From Candidatus Uhrbacteria bacterium (lineage in GTDB: Bacteria; Patescibacteriota; Patescibacteriia; UBA9934; GWF2-40-263): DNA of 60,544 nt. Every line of letters starts with the position of its first letter. Within the stretch, counting starts at the first letter, position 1. The notes beneath the pieces were generated by a model, which had not been told where the DNA came from, did no database searches, and saw nothing but the letters and a program-made list of their open reading frames with translations. Position numbers and translations under genes: made by a program. Positions 36,564 to 46,890 of this stretch are shown here, one piece after another. Location of the stretch: NCBI GenBank assembly GCA_037131775.1, contig JBAXQK010000005.1, forward strand, positions 1-60,544. Reading direction: 5' to 3'.

Positions 36564-37226
36564 TTATACGCGCTTCGACTGCGCCTTCCGCCACTCGGCG
36601 ATTTTCTTGTGGTCCCCGCTCATCAACACTTCCGGCACCTCCCATTTCTTATAAACAGCCGGCTTCGTGTACTGCGGATACTCGAGCACGCCCTCCTCGG
36701 TATGCGACTCCTCCGCAAGAGATTCCTTCGCCCCGAGCACGCCCGGTACGTTCCGCGACACTGCGTCGATCATCGTGAGCGCCGGCAGCTCGCCGCCCGT
36801 AAGGACGTAGTCCCCGACCGAGAACGCCTCGTCCGCGATATTTTCCTCTACGCGAGCATCGATTCCCTCGTAGCGACCGCAAAGAAAGATCAGGTCGAAC
36901 TCCGCGAGACGAATCGCATCCTTTTGCGTGAACTTCTTTCCAGAGGCAGACGTCACGATCACTTTGACCTTCGACCGCTTCCCTTTTACTTTCTTGACTG
37001 CCTTGTCAAAAACGTCGACCTTCATCACCATCCCGGGACCGCCACCATACGGCGTATCGTCCACCCGCCGATGCTTGTCCTCCGCCCAATCGCGCAGATC
37101 GTGCCCGGCAATCGATATCAGCTTCTTCTCCTGCGCGCGCCCCAAGATGGACTCCGACGCGTACGCGGAAATCATCGCGGGAAAAATGGTGAGCACGTCG
37201 TATCGGCGAAGGCGTTGCTTTGGCAT
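36564..37226 (-). CDS. trmD: tRNA (guanine37-N1)-methyltransferase
   Basis: Motifs YDVLTIFP, TPYGGGPGMVM and CGRYEGIDARV. Confidence 0.95.
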   Translation of the reverse strand: MPKQRLRRYDVLTIFPAMISAYASESILGRAQEKKLISIAGHDLRDWAEDKHRRVDDTPYGGGPGMVMKVDVFDKAVKKVKGKRSKVKVIVTSASGKKFTQKDAIRLAEFDLIFLCGRYEGIDARVEENIADEAFSVGDYVLTGGELPALTMIDAVSRNVPGVLGAKESLAEESHTEEGVLEYPQYTKPAVYKKWEVPEVLMSGDHKKIAEWRKAQSKRV

Positions 37227-37284
37227 ATTGGTCCCATCCTAGACGAAACGGCCCAAAGTTGCTAGGGTTCGGTCGGAGGTTCTC

Positions 37285-37815
37285 ATGCTCACCCTGCTAC
37301 ACCTGTTCGAAGTTCAAGAAAACAACTCCCTGCGCGGCCTGCCGGAGGGGGTGCCGATCGGGCACACCACGCTCTTCCTCTACCGGGCGCTCCTCTCGGA
37401 GTTTCTCGAGGGTACCGACCGCCTGCGCGTCCGAGGAGAGCTATTCGGCTTCTGGACCGAAGGACGGGAAGATGCGCCTAGGTCGCTCATGGCCCCCACG
37501 CGAAAGCTCGTCGACGCCATCCGCGCGAACGATCCGATGGTCGCCGAGCTGCTCCTCCCCGTCCCGACGGACCCCATCGAGGAGGACAGGGCCGAGTACG
37601 CCATCGTCTACCCGTCCGGCCTGACGCCCGCGGTCGCCACGGAACTTGCAACCAAGCTCGCGGCAGCCTCCGATGCCTGCCCCGCCGTAGCCATGCCAGC
37701 CGAGATCGACCGCGCCTGGCGCCGCGTCTTCTCCCAGGTCTCCGCCGCGCACGGAATCGCCTTCGCGGACGTGAGGCCGAAGACGGCCGGCCGCGCAAGC
37801 GAGCTTCCCATCTGA
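37285..37815 (+). CDS. hypothetical protein
   Basis: 176 aa. GGAGG lies 5 nt before the ATG. A hairpin (ccccg/cgggg) plus T-run follows the stop. Confidence 0.6.
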   Translation: MLTLLHLFEVQENNSLRGLPEGVPIGHTTLFLYRALLSEFLEGTDRLRVRGELFGFWTEGREDAPRSLMAPTRKLVDAIRANDPMVAELLLPVPTDPIEEDRAEYAIVYPSGLTPAVATELATKLAAASDACPAVAMPAEIDRAWRRVFSQVSAAHGIAFADVRPKTAGRASELPI

Positions 37816-37845
37816 TCCCCGTCGGGGATTTTTTCTTTGGATTCA

Positions 37846-37908
37846 TTGACAAATAGCCCGTATTCCCGCATACTCGCGATCCACTGCAACAACGGAAGGA
37901 GTGGAACA
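37846..37908 (+). promoter_or_regulatory. promoter plus conserved SD-hairpin leader (copy 1)
   Basis: TTGACA (37846-37851), 17 nt, CATACT (37869-37874). The leader ATCCACTGCAACAACGGAAGGAGTGGAACAATG has stem TCCACT/AGTGGA overlapping the SD. Confidence 0.55.
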
Positions 37909-39000
37909 ATGGAACGAACACTCATCGAGAACCCCGAGGATACCGAGGAAACGATCGCGCTCATCCGCGAGCTTCTCGGATCTGGCGACCGATCCTTTCC
38001 CGTGCACCTGCTCGGGGAGATCACCGCCGCGCTGAGCAAGCGCGCGACGCACGGCGACATGGTGCGGCAGTTGCTTCGGCTGTGTTCCGTGTGCCCCGGC
38101 GGACTGGGAGTGACGCTTGTCGAAGGACGGCTTCTATACCGCGTCGCGGGAGAGCAGTCGTTCGTCTGGGGCTCCCGGATTTTCCACGTCGTCGACGGGT
38201 TCGTCCTCGATCCGAACGTGCCGATCCGCATCATTCGCGGCGAGCCGTGCTGGGTCGAGAGGGCGGCCATGACCAACGTGCAGCGCGTTTGCTGGAACGG
38301 AACGGTAGGCAAGCCCTACCCGCCGAGATCAATCACCCGCATTGAAAGCACCGGCGAGGAGCCGTGCTACGCGGTGAACTACCGCGCGGGGAACGGCGAT
38401 TACGTCGGACATATCGTCATGGGCACCACCGAGGGACAGCAGTTCAACGAGGTGGACGGCCTGACCGTTGCGGACGGCGAGCCAGCCTACCGGGCGCGGA
38501 CGGATACCGAATACCGGTTCATTTGGGGAGCCGGAAACGTCTGCGCCGGACAGCACGTCACCGTGCCGATCGTGGTCGACGACGTTCCGTACGTCAGGGT
38601 CCTGTCGAAGGACGGAACCATGATCCTCGTACAGGGAAACAGCATGCTTGCAAACAGTCAACGCATCCTCGGCCCGTCGAACGTCGCGGGACGGATCGCC
38701 TACGCGACAGGAACGCCACTCTCAAGTGATCTCCAACTGCTCGGAACGCGAAAGCGCGTCTTTCATCTGGATAACTGGTGGACGCCCGACCGCGCGAACA
38801 GCCCCTTCGTCGTCTACGAGACCGAGGAGGGCGTCTGGGCGAACTTCACCTGGCTGTGCAAGGGACGCCTGCGGCCAAACGCCACGTCGCTCGAACCGGA
38901 CGGCCACACCCTCCGCATCCGCGTCGACACCGAGCACGAGCCCCGCGAGTTCGACCTCCGCGCCCTCGGCATCATCCCCGCGAAACCGGCTACGACCTGA
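37909..39000 (+). CDS. hypothetical protein with repeated beta-strand modules
   Basis: 363 aa. Recurrent G-E/D-P-x-Y-x-V/A..G modules: GEEPCYAVNYRAGNGDYVGHIVMG, DGEPAYRARTDTEYRFIWG and DDVPYVRVLSKDGTMILVQG. Confidence 0.6.
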   Translation: MERTLIENPEDTEETIALIRELLGSGDRSFPVHLLGEITAALSKRATHGDMVRQLLRLCSVCPGGLGVTLVEGRLLYRVAGEQSFVWGSRIFHVVDGFVLDPNVPIRIIRGEPCWVERAAMTNVQRVCWNGTVGKPYPPRSITRIESTGEEPCYAVNYRAGNGDYVGHIVMGTTEGQQFNEVDGLTVADGEPAYRARTDTEYRFIWGAGNVCAGQHVTVPIVVDDVPYVRVLSKDGTMILVQGNSMLANSQRILGPSNVAGRIAYATGTPLSSDLQLLGTRKRVFHLDNWWTPDRANSPFVVYETEEGVWANFTWLCKGRLRPNATSLEPDGHTLRIRVDTEHEPREFDLRALGIIPAKPATT

Positions 39001-39091
39001 CTTCGACGCGCTCGAGGTCTTTTTTTGTTATAATCATTGACAAACGCCCCATTTTCTGATATCCTTCCGCCCTTACACATGCAATAGCCCT

Positions 39092-40327
39092 ATGCGCATT
39101 CAACGCCTTCTCGCGCTCGCCCTGCTCTGTTCGCTCGCCCTTCCGCTCCCAAGCTCGGCGTCGCAGTCGCTTGCGGCGCAAACCGCGGGAATGATCCTGC
39201 TCCAGGTGGAACAGAACGGCGAGGCGTGGTACGTGGATCCGACCTCGCTGAACCGGTACTCGCTTGGGCGTCCGGACGACGCGCTGAGCGTGATGCGATC
39301 GGTCGGGCTTGGGATCTCGAACGCGGACCTGGCACTCATTCCGACGGCGGGAAGCGGAACGACGGGAAACGCCTCGCTGAAGACGCGGCTGTCCGGTCGA
39401 ATTCTCCTCCAGGTCGAATCGCATGGCGAGGCGTGGTACGTGTATCCGAAGACGCTCGAGCGGACATACCTTGGCCGTCCGTCCGACGCGCTCGCGGCCA
39501 TGTCCGCGCTCGGACTCGGAATCTCGGATGCGAACCTTGCGACGATCCCCGTCGCGGGGATCCTGCCGACGACGTCCGTGCCTACCGTCTCCTCCGACGC
39601 GACGCACGTCGAAAAGACTGTCGCGACGAGCCGCGGAACGTTCACGATCGACCTCGTGACAATCCCGCGCGCGAAGTACGAGATGATCACCGACACGGCC
39701 GAGACGGACGACTGCGAGAACGGTTGCTCCACGAAGACGCTCGCGGACTTTGTCGCCGAGAACGACGCCACGATCGGAATCCACGGGACGTACTTCTGCC
39801 CGGCGGACTATGCCTCGTGCGCCGGACAGACGGGATCGTTCGACCTGGCGGTTTACAACACGGCGGCGACCGCGATGCGCAACGAATTCGACCTTCCGTA
39901 CCAATCCGGCCCGATGATCGCGGCCGCCAAGGACGGAACGCTCGCGTACTTCCACCGCGCGACGGAATTCGGAACGTCCGTGCGGGATTATGAGTCGCGC
40001 ACCGGCGAGCAGCTCCAGGCTGCGGTCGCGAACTACCCGTCGCTCGTCGAGAGCGGCGCGAACGTCGTCGGAAGCGAGATCGTCAACGCGTCGCAGAGCA
40101 CGAAGGCGTCGCGCGGCGGGATCGGATTCGACGACGAGAACTTTTACCTCGTCATCGCGCACAGCGCGTCCGTCACCGACCTCGCGTCGATCTTCGACGA
40201 GGCGATCGGCGCGGACGACGCCATGAACCTCGACGGGGGCGCGACGAGCGCACTGTACTTCGACGGGTCGTACGAGTACGGGCCGAGCCGGACACTGCCG
40301 AACGCGATCGTCTTCCGGCACCGATAA
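39092..40327 (+). CDS. secreted protein: two N-terminal repeats plus phosphodiester-glycosidase-like domain
   Basis: Signal peptide MRIQRLLALALLCSLALPLPSSA. Duplicated module ILLQVE..GEAWYV.P......YLGRP.DA...M...GLGIS..DLA.IP. C-terminal MNLDGGATSALY. Confidence 0.7.
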   Translation: MRIQRLLALALLCSLALPLPSSASQSLAAQTAGMILLQVEQNGEAWYVDPTSLNRYSLGRPDDALSVMRSVGLGISNADLALIPTAGSGTTGNASLKTRLSGRILLQVESHGEAWYVYPKTLERTYLGRPSDALAAMSALGLGISDANLATIPVAGILPTTSVPTVSSDATHVEKTVATSRGTFTIDLVTIPRAKYEMITDTAETDDCENGCSTKTLADFVAENDATIGIHGTYFCPADYASCAGQTGSFDLAVYNTAATAMRNEFDLPYQSGPMIAAAKDGTLAYFHRATEFGTSVRDYESRTGEQLQAAVANYPSLVESGANVVGSEIVNASQSTKASRGGIGFDDENFYLVIAHSASVTDLASIFDEAIGADDAMNLDGGATSALYFDGSYEYGPSRTLPNAIVFRHR

Positions 40328-40426
40328 ACCATTCGGAAGCTGCAAACCGCCGGCACGCATGCCGGCGGTTTTGGTCTGGACAGGCGCGCGGATTTCTGAT
40401 AGCGTCCTGCGTACGGAGAATGGAAC

Positions 40427-40993
40427 ATGCCCCCTGACCTCACCATCGGATTCCGCCGCCTTCCGGACGGGAGCGCCGAGCCCGTGTGCGACCCCCAAAT
40501 TCCTGAGATCCTTCGGTTTCTTTGGGAACGATCCTCGCTCGTGACGCTTTATGCGCCAAGATTCGTCGTCGTGGGAACGATCGACGGCAAGCTGACGATC
40601 GAGGGCCGCATGGAACCGAACCTGCTCGCCTGCTCGCTCCTGCCAATGGCAACGGACATGCTGCTCGTCATGAAAGGCATCCGCCAGACGCTCGAGGAGA
40701 AGTATCCTGCCGCGATCATCGCGGACTTCGTCGCGTCGCAGGCAGGTATGCGACTCCTCTATTGCCTCGACCGGCAGTTCGTCGAAACGGAGGCGCCGCG
40801 CTTCACCACAGAACGTTCCGTCCTGCTCGAGAACCCGCGGATCACATACGACGGGTCCCACGTCCGCGTCGTCATCACCGGCAACCCGCACACCATGCCG
40901 CTCTGGCAGTGGGCCGACGCCCAGATCTGCGACATCGTCCAGGACGCCATCCTCCAGCGCGTCGTCCAAACGTCGTCCGCGCCCGAGTCCTGA
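40427..40993 (+). CDS. hypothetical protein, tandem paralogue A
   Basis: 188 aa. Shares with the next gene the motifs GSA.PVCDP, GT.DG, EGRM.P, FVETE.P, PRI.YD.G, ITG and P.WQWADA. Confidence 0.65.
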   Translation: MPPDLTIGFRRLPDGSAEPVCDPQIPEILRFLWERSSLVTLYAPRFVVVGTIDGKLTIEGRMEPNLLACSLLPMATDMLLVMKGIRQTLEEKYPAAIIADFVASQAGMRLLYCLDRQFVETEAPRFTTERSVLLENPRITYDGSHVRVVITGNPHTMPLWQWADAQICDIVQDAILQRVVQTSSAPES

Positions 40994-41122
40994 TCCTCGC
41001 AACGGGGATCTTTTTGATTCTGCGGCCGTTTACTTTCGCCCTCGTTTCGCGTATGTTTCACCTACGCCCACCTCGCGGGCAAGTCCAGACGACGCAACGA
41101 ACAACCAACCAAGGGAGAAGTC

Positions 41123-41686
41123 ATGCGCATGATCCTTACGGTAGGCTATCGCCGCGATTCCAACGGAAGCGCGTTGCCGGTGTGCGATCCTCCATCCGAC
41201 GCGTACCTGTCCTTTCTCTCGCGGCACGCCGCCACGGTGACGCTCCACTCGGAGCGATGCGTCGCCATCGGAACGCTCGACGGGACGGTCGCCGAGGAAG
41301 GCCGGATGGATCCGGAGAAGCTGTCCGACTTCATTCGCGACCAGCTTTCGAGCGCGCTCGCGATGATGTCGTTCGTGAACGACCGAATCACCCGGCAATA
41401 TCCGATCGCCATGATCGCCAGGCATGTCTCACGGCAAACGGGCAACCTGCTCTACGCGTTCCCCGAGCGATCGTTCGTGGAAACCGAGCCCCCGGCCCAC
41501 GTCTCCCACGGATGTGTCCGCGTCACGGAGCCGCGCATCGCCTACGACAACGGCCAGGCGCGCCTCATCATCACCGGTACCGACCGCGACTTCCCCTACT
41601 GGCAATGGGCCGACGCCGTCCTCCGAAACCACGTCGAGGATGCACTCCTCGAGCACGTCGCCAAGGCCAACGCGGCCGAGTCCTGA
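41123..41686 (+). CDS. hypothetical protein, tandem paralogue B
   Basis: 187 aa. GGGAG lies 5 nt before the ATG. Promoter TTTACT-17-TATGTT. The terminator is nearly identical to that of paralogue A. Confidence 0.65.
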   Translation: MRMILTVGYRRDSNGSALPVCDPPSDAYLSFLSRHAATVTLHSERCVAIGTLDGTVAEEGRMDPEKLSDFIRDQLSSALAMMSFVNDRITRQYPIAMIARHVSRQTGNLLYAFPERSFVETEPPAHVSHGCVRVTEPRIAYDNGQARLIITGTDRDFPYWQWADAVLRNHVEDALLEHVAKANAAES

Positions 41687-41804
41687 TCCTCCTCGCGGGG
41701 ATCTTTTTGATTTGAGGCTTCGACAGCCACGACGATTGACAATCGGACGAATTGCTGGTATTCTCTCGCATCGTCCGCATGTTGCGACGAAACAAGGAGC
41801 GAAC

Positions 41805-42479
41805 ATGGCCATCTTGGTACATGCCCGGAAAGTGGGCGAACAAACGGATTTTCGTCTCTACGACTCAACCGACAAGCGGTACCTGACGCCCCCGGACAGT
41901 TTCGTCGGGGCATTCGGCGCGCTGATCGCGTTGTTCGAGGAGACGGAGATCGCTCCGACGGTGGAGGCGAATTTGATGCTCCGCGCCATGGTCGGCCATG
42001 CGTCGGGGAACGGAACGTCCTCTCGACGCGCGGAACCGGAGCGCTCGCTCGATTCTGGGTGGGCGAATGACAACCATGGCAGCTGGAAATTCGAGCGGCC
42101 CGCGGATGCGTTCGGCCCTTCCACACTGATGAAGTTCCACATCTGCGTCGGACTGCTCGAAAGTCTCCGCGATCTGGTGGAATCGAAATGGATGCGCCGG
42201 CTCGATGATGAGGCCCCCGAATCAGCGCGCCTGATCCTCGAGGAGACCGGGGTTCTCTCCACGCTCGCGAAGGATCGGTGGGCATGGATCCGCTTCCCGA
42301 AGGATGGCCGATGCCCCGAGGGAGATCGTCACAAGGAGCTCGGGTATCGGAACGTCAAGGGCCTGCGACTGATCCTCAACGACCTGCGCGCGGCCTGGAG
42401 GGGCGATGTCTTCATCGAAGAGCTGACTAACGAGGGTCCCGGATCCGCCATCGTCCGCGTCCGCTTCTGCGTCCTGTAA
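41805..42479 (+). CDS. hypothetical protein
   Basis: AAGGAG lies before ATG 41805, within track ORF 41424-42479. Promoter TTGACA-17-TATTCT. 224 aa. Confidence 0.6.
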   Translation: MAILVHARKVGEQTDFRLYDSTDKRYLTPPDSFVGAFGALIALFEETEIAPTVEANLMLRAMVGHASGNGTSSRRAEPERSLDSGWANDNHGSWKFERPADAFGPSTLMKFHICVGLLESLRDLVESKWMRRLDDEAPESARLILEETGVLSTLAKDRWAWIRFPKDGRCPEGDRHKELGYRNVKGLRLILNDLRAAWRGDVFIEELTNEGPGSAIVRVRFCVL

Positions 42480-42505
42480 CGGGGCGCTTTTTTGTTGGCC
42501 GAGGG

Positions 42506-42566
42506 TTGACAATCAGCAGTATTTCCGGTACATTTCGCATCCACGACAACAACGAAGGAGTGGAAA
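42506..42566 (+). promoter_or_regulatory. promoter plus conserved SD-hairpin leader (copy 2)
   Basis: TTGACA (42506-42511), 17 nt, TACATT (42529-42534). The leader ATCCACGACAACAACGAAGGAGTGGAAAATG has stem TCCAC/GTGGA. Confidence 0.55.
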
Positions 42567-43370
42567 ATGCACAGACCGACACGGGCAATGACCACGGCAC
42601 TGAGCGCATGCGTCGCGGCACGGGCGATTCATCTGAAGTATCTCGACAGCCACGAGGTCATCGTCAAGAAGGACGGAAGCCCGGTGACGGTCGCCGACCG
42701 GGAAGCCGAGGCGGCGATGCGGGCGATCATCCTGGATGTCTTCGAGAACGACGGCATCATCGGCGAGGAAGGCGGGGAGACGCGCGGGTCCTCGGGCCGC
42801 GACTGGATCGTCGATCCGCTCGACGGGACGATCCAGTACGTGCGCGGGATGAGCGACTTCGGAACCCTTCTCTGCCGCGTCGACGACCAGGGCATCGAGC
42901 TCGGGGTCGTGATGCACACCGCGAGCGACACGTTCTGGATGGCGGAACGCGGTCGGGGAACGTGGAAGGCCGTCGGCCTGTCGGAACGGATCCCCAAAGG
43001 CCCGCCGACGGCCGTCCGAGTCGACGCGCGTCCCGTCCCGGACAGATTCCAGGACGCGGTCACCTGCTTCGGCCACCCGAATCGACTGGCGGACGCCGGA
43101 ATCTGCATCAACCGGCTCATGAAAAGCTTCCCAACCCAGCTGACGGTCCCTCGCTTCCAAGCGTTCACCCTCGTCGCGGAAGGAAAACTCGACATCTTCG
43201 TCGCGCGCCTCGTGAACGACTGGGATCTCCTGGCAAACCAGATCATCGTCGAGCAGGCACGCGGAACGGTCATCTCCTTCGACCTCGCGAACGGCCGCCA
43301 CGTGGTCGCAGCCCGGAGCAGAGAGCTGGCAGAAGAGACGGTCGCGGAGATCATGCGAAGCATCGGCTGA
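42567..43370 (+). CDS. inositol monophosphatase-family phosphatase (second copy)
   Basis: Motifs GEEGGE, WIVDPLDGT and WDLLANQIIVEQARG. Confidence 0.8.
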   Translation: MHRPTRAMTTALSACVAARAIHLKYLDSHEVIVKKDGSPVTVADREAEAAMRAIILDVFENDGIIGEEGGETRGSSGRDWIVDPLDGTIQYVRGMSDFGTLLCRVDDQGIELGVVMHTASDTFWMAERGRGTWKAVGLSERIPKGPPTAVRVDARPVPDRFQDAVTCFGHPNRLADAGICINRLMKSFPTQLTVPRFQAFTLVAEGKLDIFVARLVNDWDLLANQIIVEQARGTVISFDLANGRHVVAARSRELAEETVAEIMRSIG

Positions 43371-43418
43371 GATCCTGACGGGTCTCATTTTTATTTGCCC
43401 AAAAAGAATTAGTAACGC

Positions 43419-43442
43419 AAAACCCCGCCCTGGTGGGCGGGG
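43419..43442 (-). terminator. intrinsic terminator downstream of the 16S trailer
   Basis: On the minus strand: ccccgccc-acca-gggcgggg followed by tttt. Confidence 0.65.
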
Positions 43443-43587
43443 ATTGTCAATTGAATCGAGAACCAGATTGTCACCTGTGTGATTGCAACGTCTACCTGCG
43501 TCCGAAGTACATCGGACGACTTTGATCTGATCAAACGAATTTGATCTCGACCTAGGATCGTAGAAGCGCAAGCGCTTCATATTCCCT

Positions 43588-45088
<1,501 letters not shown>

Positions 45089-45238
45089 AACATCCAGTCT
45101 TGCGACCGGATATCTGATTGTATTGATATAGACGTTGCAATCACACAGAAGAAAATCTTCCGAATGATCTTAGGTTCTTATTTGGCTCGATTCAATTGTG
45201 AACGATCGCCTGTGCTGTTATCTCAGTCAGGTGCCGGT

Positions 45239-45267
45239 ATTTTAGCCGAGGGATAAAACCCTGTCAA
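45239..45267 (-). promoter_or_regulatory. 16S rRNA promoter
   Basis: On the minus strand: TTGACA (45267-45262), 17 nt, TAAAAT (45244-45239), about 150 nt upstream of the mature 5' end. Confidence 0.6.
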
Positions 45268-45392
45268 GGGCTTGGGGTTGTTGGCTTGTGGACGGGCTGT
45301 GGATGAATTTGGACTTGCCAAGTTTTTGACCCTATTTGCTAGCAAGTGTATACTTATTCCGTTATTCCTTATCGTTCTTACCACCCACTGAT

Positions 45393-45725
45393 ATGGCAGA
45401 ATTCGACCAAGAGTTCGTAGAATTTATCACCCGCGCCATCGTAAACCACCCGGATGACGTCACGACCGACCGCATCATCGACGAGCGCGGCGTCCTCCTT
45501 ACCCTCCACGTCAATCCGGAAGACATGGGATACGTCATCGGCCGCCAGGGACAGACCGCCCGCGCCATCCGCACGCTCCTCAAGATCGTCGGCGCCAAGG
45601 CCAATGCCCGCGTCAACCTCAAGATCTACGAGCCGGAAGGATCGCGACGCGCGCACAGCCCCGAAGAGGCCGCCGCGATGAACGGAACGGACGCGGTGAT
45701 CTCCGTGGACAATCTCGACATTTAA
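45393..45725 (+). CDS. KH-domain RNA-binding protein (KhpA/YlqC-like)
   Basis: MAEFDQEFVEFITRAIVNHPDDV...VGYVIGRQGQTARAIRTLL contains the GxxG KH motif. Promoter TTGACC-17-TATACT. Confidence 0.85.
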   Translation: MAEFDQEFVEFITRAIVNHPDDVTTDRIIDERGVLLTLHVNPEDMGYVIGRQGQTARAIRTLLKIVGAKANARVNLKIYEPEGSRRAHSPEEAAAMNGTDAVISVDNLDI

Positions 45726-45732
45726 ACGATTT

Positions 45733-45760
45733 CGGAACGCCCTGGGCGTTCCGTTTTTTT
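45733..45760 (+). terminator. hairpin plus U7 abutting the pyrB start codon
   Basis: Stem cggaacgcc / ggcgttccg (9 bp), then T7 (45754-45760), then ATG 45761. Confidence 0.7.
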
Positions 45761-46714
45761 ATGAAACACGTTCTCTCCGCGTCCCAGTTCTCCCGCGAGG
45801 AAATCTCCTCGCTGTTCACGACGGCCGACCGACTCAAGCAGGAACGGAAGGATCATGGCGTCCTTGACTACCTGCGCGGCAAACTCGTCTATCTCCTCTT
45901 CTATGAGCCGAGCACGCGCACGCGGACCAGCTTCGGGCTTGCCGCGCGGTATCTCGGCGGACGCACGGACTTCACCGAGGCGGCCGGTATCTTCTCTTCG
46001 GCCGCGAAGGGCGAGACGCTCGAGGACACGATCCGCGTGCTGCAATCGTACGAGATCGACGCGATCGTGATCCGACACAAGGAGCGCGGCGCGGCAGAGG
46101 CGGCGGCGAAAGCGGCCGGGATCCCGATTATCAACGCGGGCGACGGCGACGGCGAGCACCCGACGCAGGCGCTGCTCGACCTCTATACGATCACGTCGAA
46201 CGTCCGGCGCGACGAGACCGTCGTCGCGATGGGCGGCGATCTCAAGCACGGCCGGACGGTCCGCTCGCTCTGCCGCCTCATCATTAAGTACGCCGCGCCC
46301 GACGCAAAGTTCCGCCTCGTCTTTTGCTCCCCGCCCGAGCTCGCCATGCGCGACGACGTCCTCGAAGAGCTCCGCGCCGCCGGCATCCCCTTCTCCGTCA
46401 CCGACGATCTGTCCTTGACGCTCCCGACATGCGACGTCTTCTACCAAACCCGCGTCCAGCGAGAGCGCTTCGCCGATGCCCTCCTCGGCGACGCCGCATT
46501 CCTCGAGGTTCAGACGCGCTTTGCGCTGAACGCGACGAACGTCGCCACGATGAGACCCGACGCGATCATTCTCCACCCGCTCCCCCGCGTCGGCGAGATT
46601 GCCCCGGAAGTCGACGCCGATCCACGAGCCAAATATTTCCCCGAGCAGACAAGAAACGGACTCTACATCCGCATGGCGCTGCTTCTCACGATACTGAGAC
46701 CGGATGCAATCTGA
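45761..46714 (+). CDS. pyrB: aspartate carbamoyltransferase catalytic subunit
   Basis: Motifs EPSTRTRTSF, HPTQALLD and HPLPRV. Confidence 0.95.
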   Translation: MKHVLSASQFSREEISSLFTTADRLKQERKDHGVLDYLRGKLVYLLFYEPSTRTRTSFGLAARYLGGRTDFTEAAGIFSSAAKGETLEDTIRVLQSYEIDAIVIRHKERGAAEAAAKAAGIPIINAGDGDGEHPTQALLDLYTITSNVRRDETVVAMGGDLKHGRTVRSLCRLIIKYAAPDAKFRLVFCSPPELAMRDDVLEELRAAGIPFSVTDDLSLTLPTCDVFYQTRVQRERFADALLGDAAFLEVQTRFALNATNVATMRPDAIILHPLPRVGEIAPEVDADPRAKYFPEQTRNGLYIRMALLLTILRPDAI

Positions 46715-46753
46715 ACGAAAAGAAAAGACACCGCGGAAACGCGATGTCTTTTC

Positions 46754-46828
46754 TGGTGCCTAGGGTCAGAATTGAACTGACGACACGTGGATTTTCAGTC
46801 CACTGCTCTACCACTGAGCTACCCAGGC
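46754..46828 (-). tRNA. tRNA-Phe (GAA)
   Basis: The rc folds as a cloverleaf: acceptor GCCTGGG/CCTAGGC, anticodon loop CTGAAAA, T-loop TTCAATT. CCA is encoded. Confidence 0.9.
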
Positions 46829-46890
46829 GTGGCGTCGGTTTTGATCTGTATCCCGACCGATTTCCTATTCCCGCGGGTTCTGCCACTCTC

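Noticed and set aside
38990-41002. 670-aa minus-strand ORF, the longest of many long antisense ORFs in the track. Others include 8510-9496, 21902-23311, 25067-26350, 33156-34607 and 42513-43580.
   Set aside because: Its composition is Arg/Gly/Pro/Asp-rich and low-complexity, typical of the antisense frame of high-GC genes. It overlaps four plus-strand genes that have promoters, SD sites, terminators and recognisable domains or signal peptides.
43371-43587. Search for a 23S gene or spacer tRNAs downstream of the 16S gene.
   Set aside because: The region holds only the 16S trailer helices, a terminator and the convergent IMPase-family gene. No 23S-like sequence occurs anywhere in the window.
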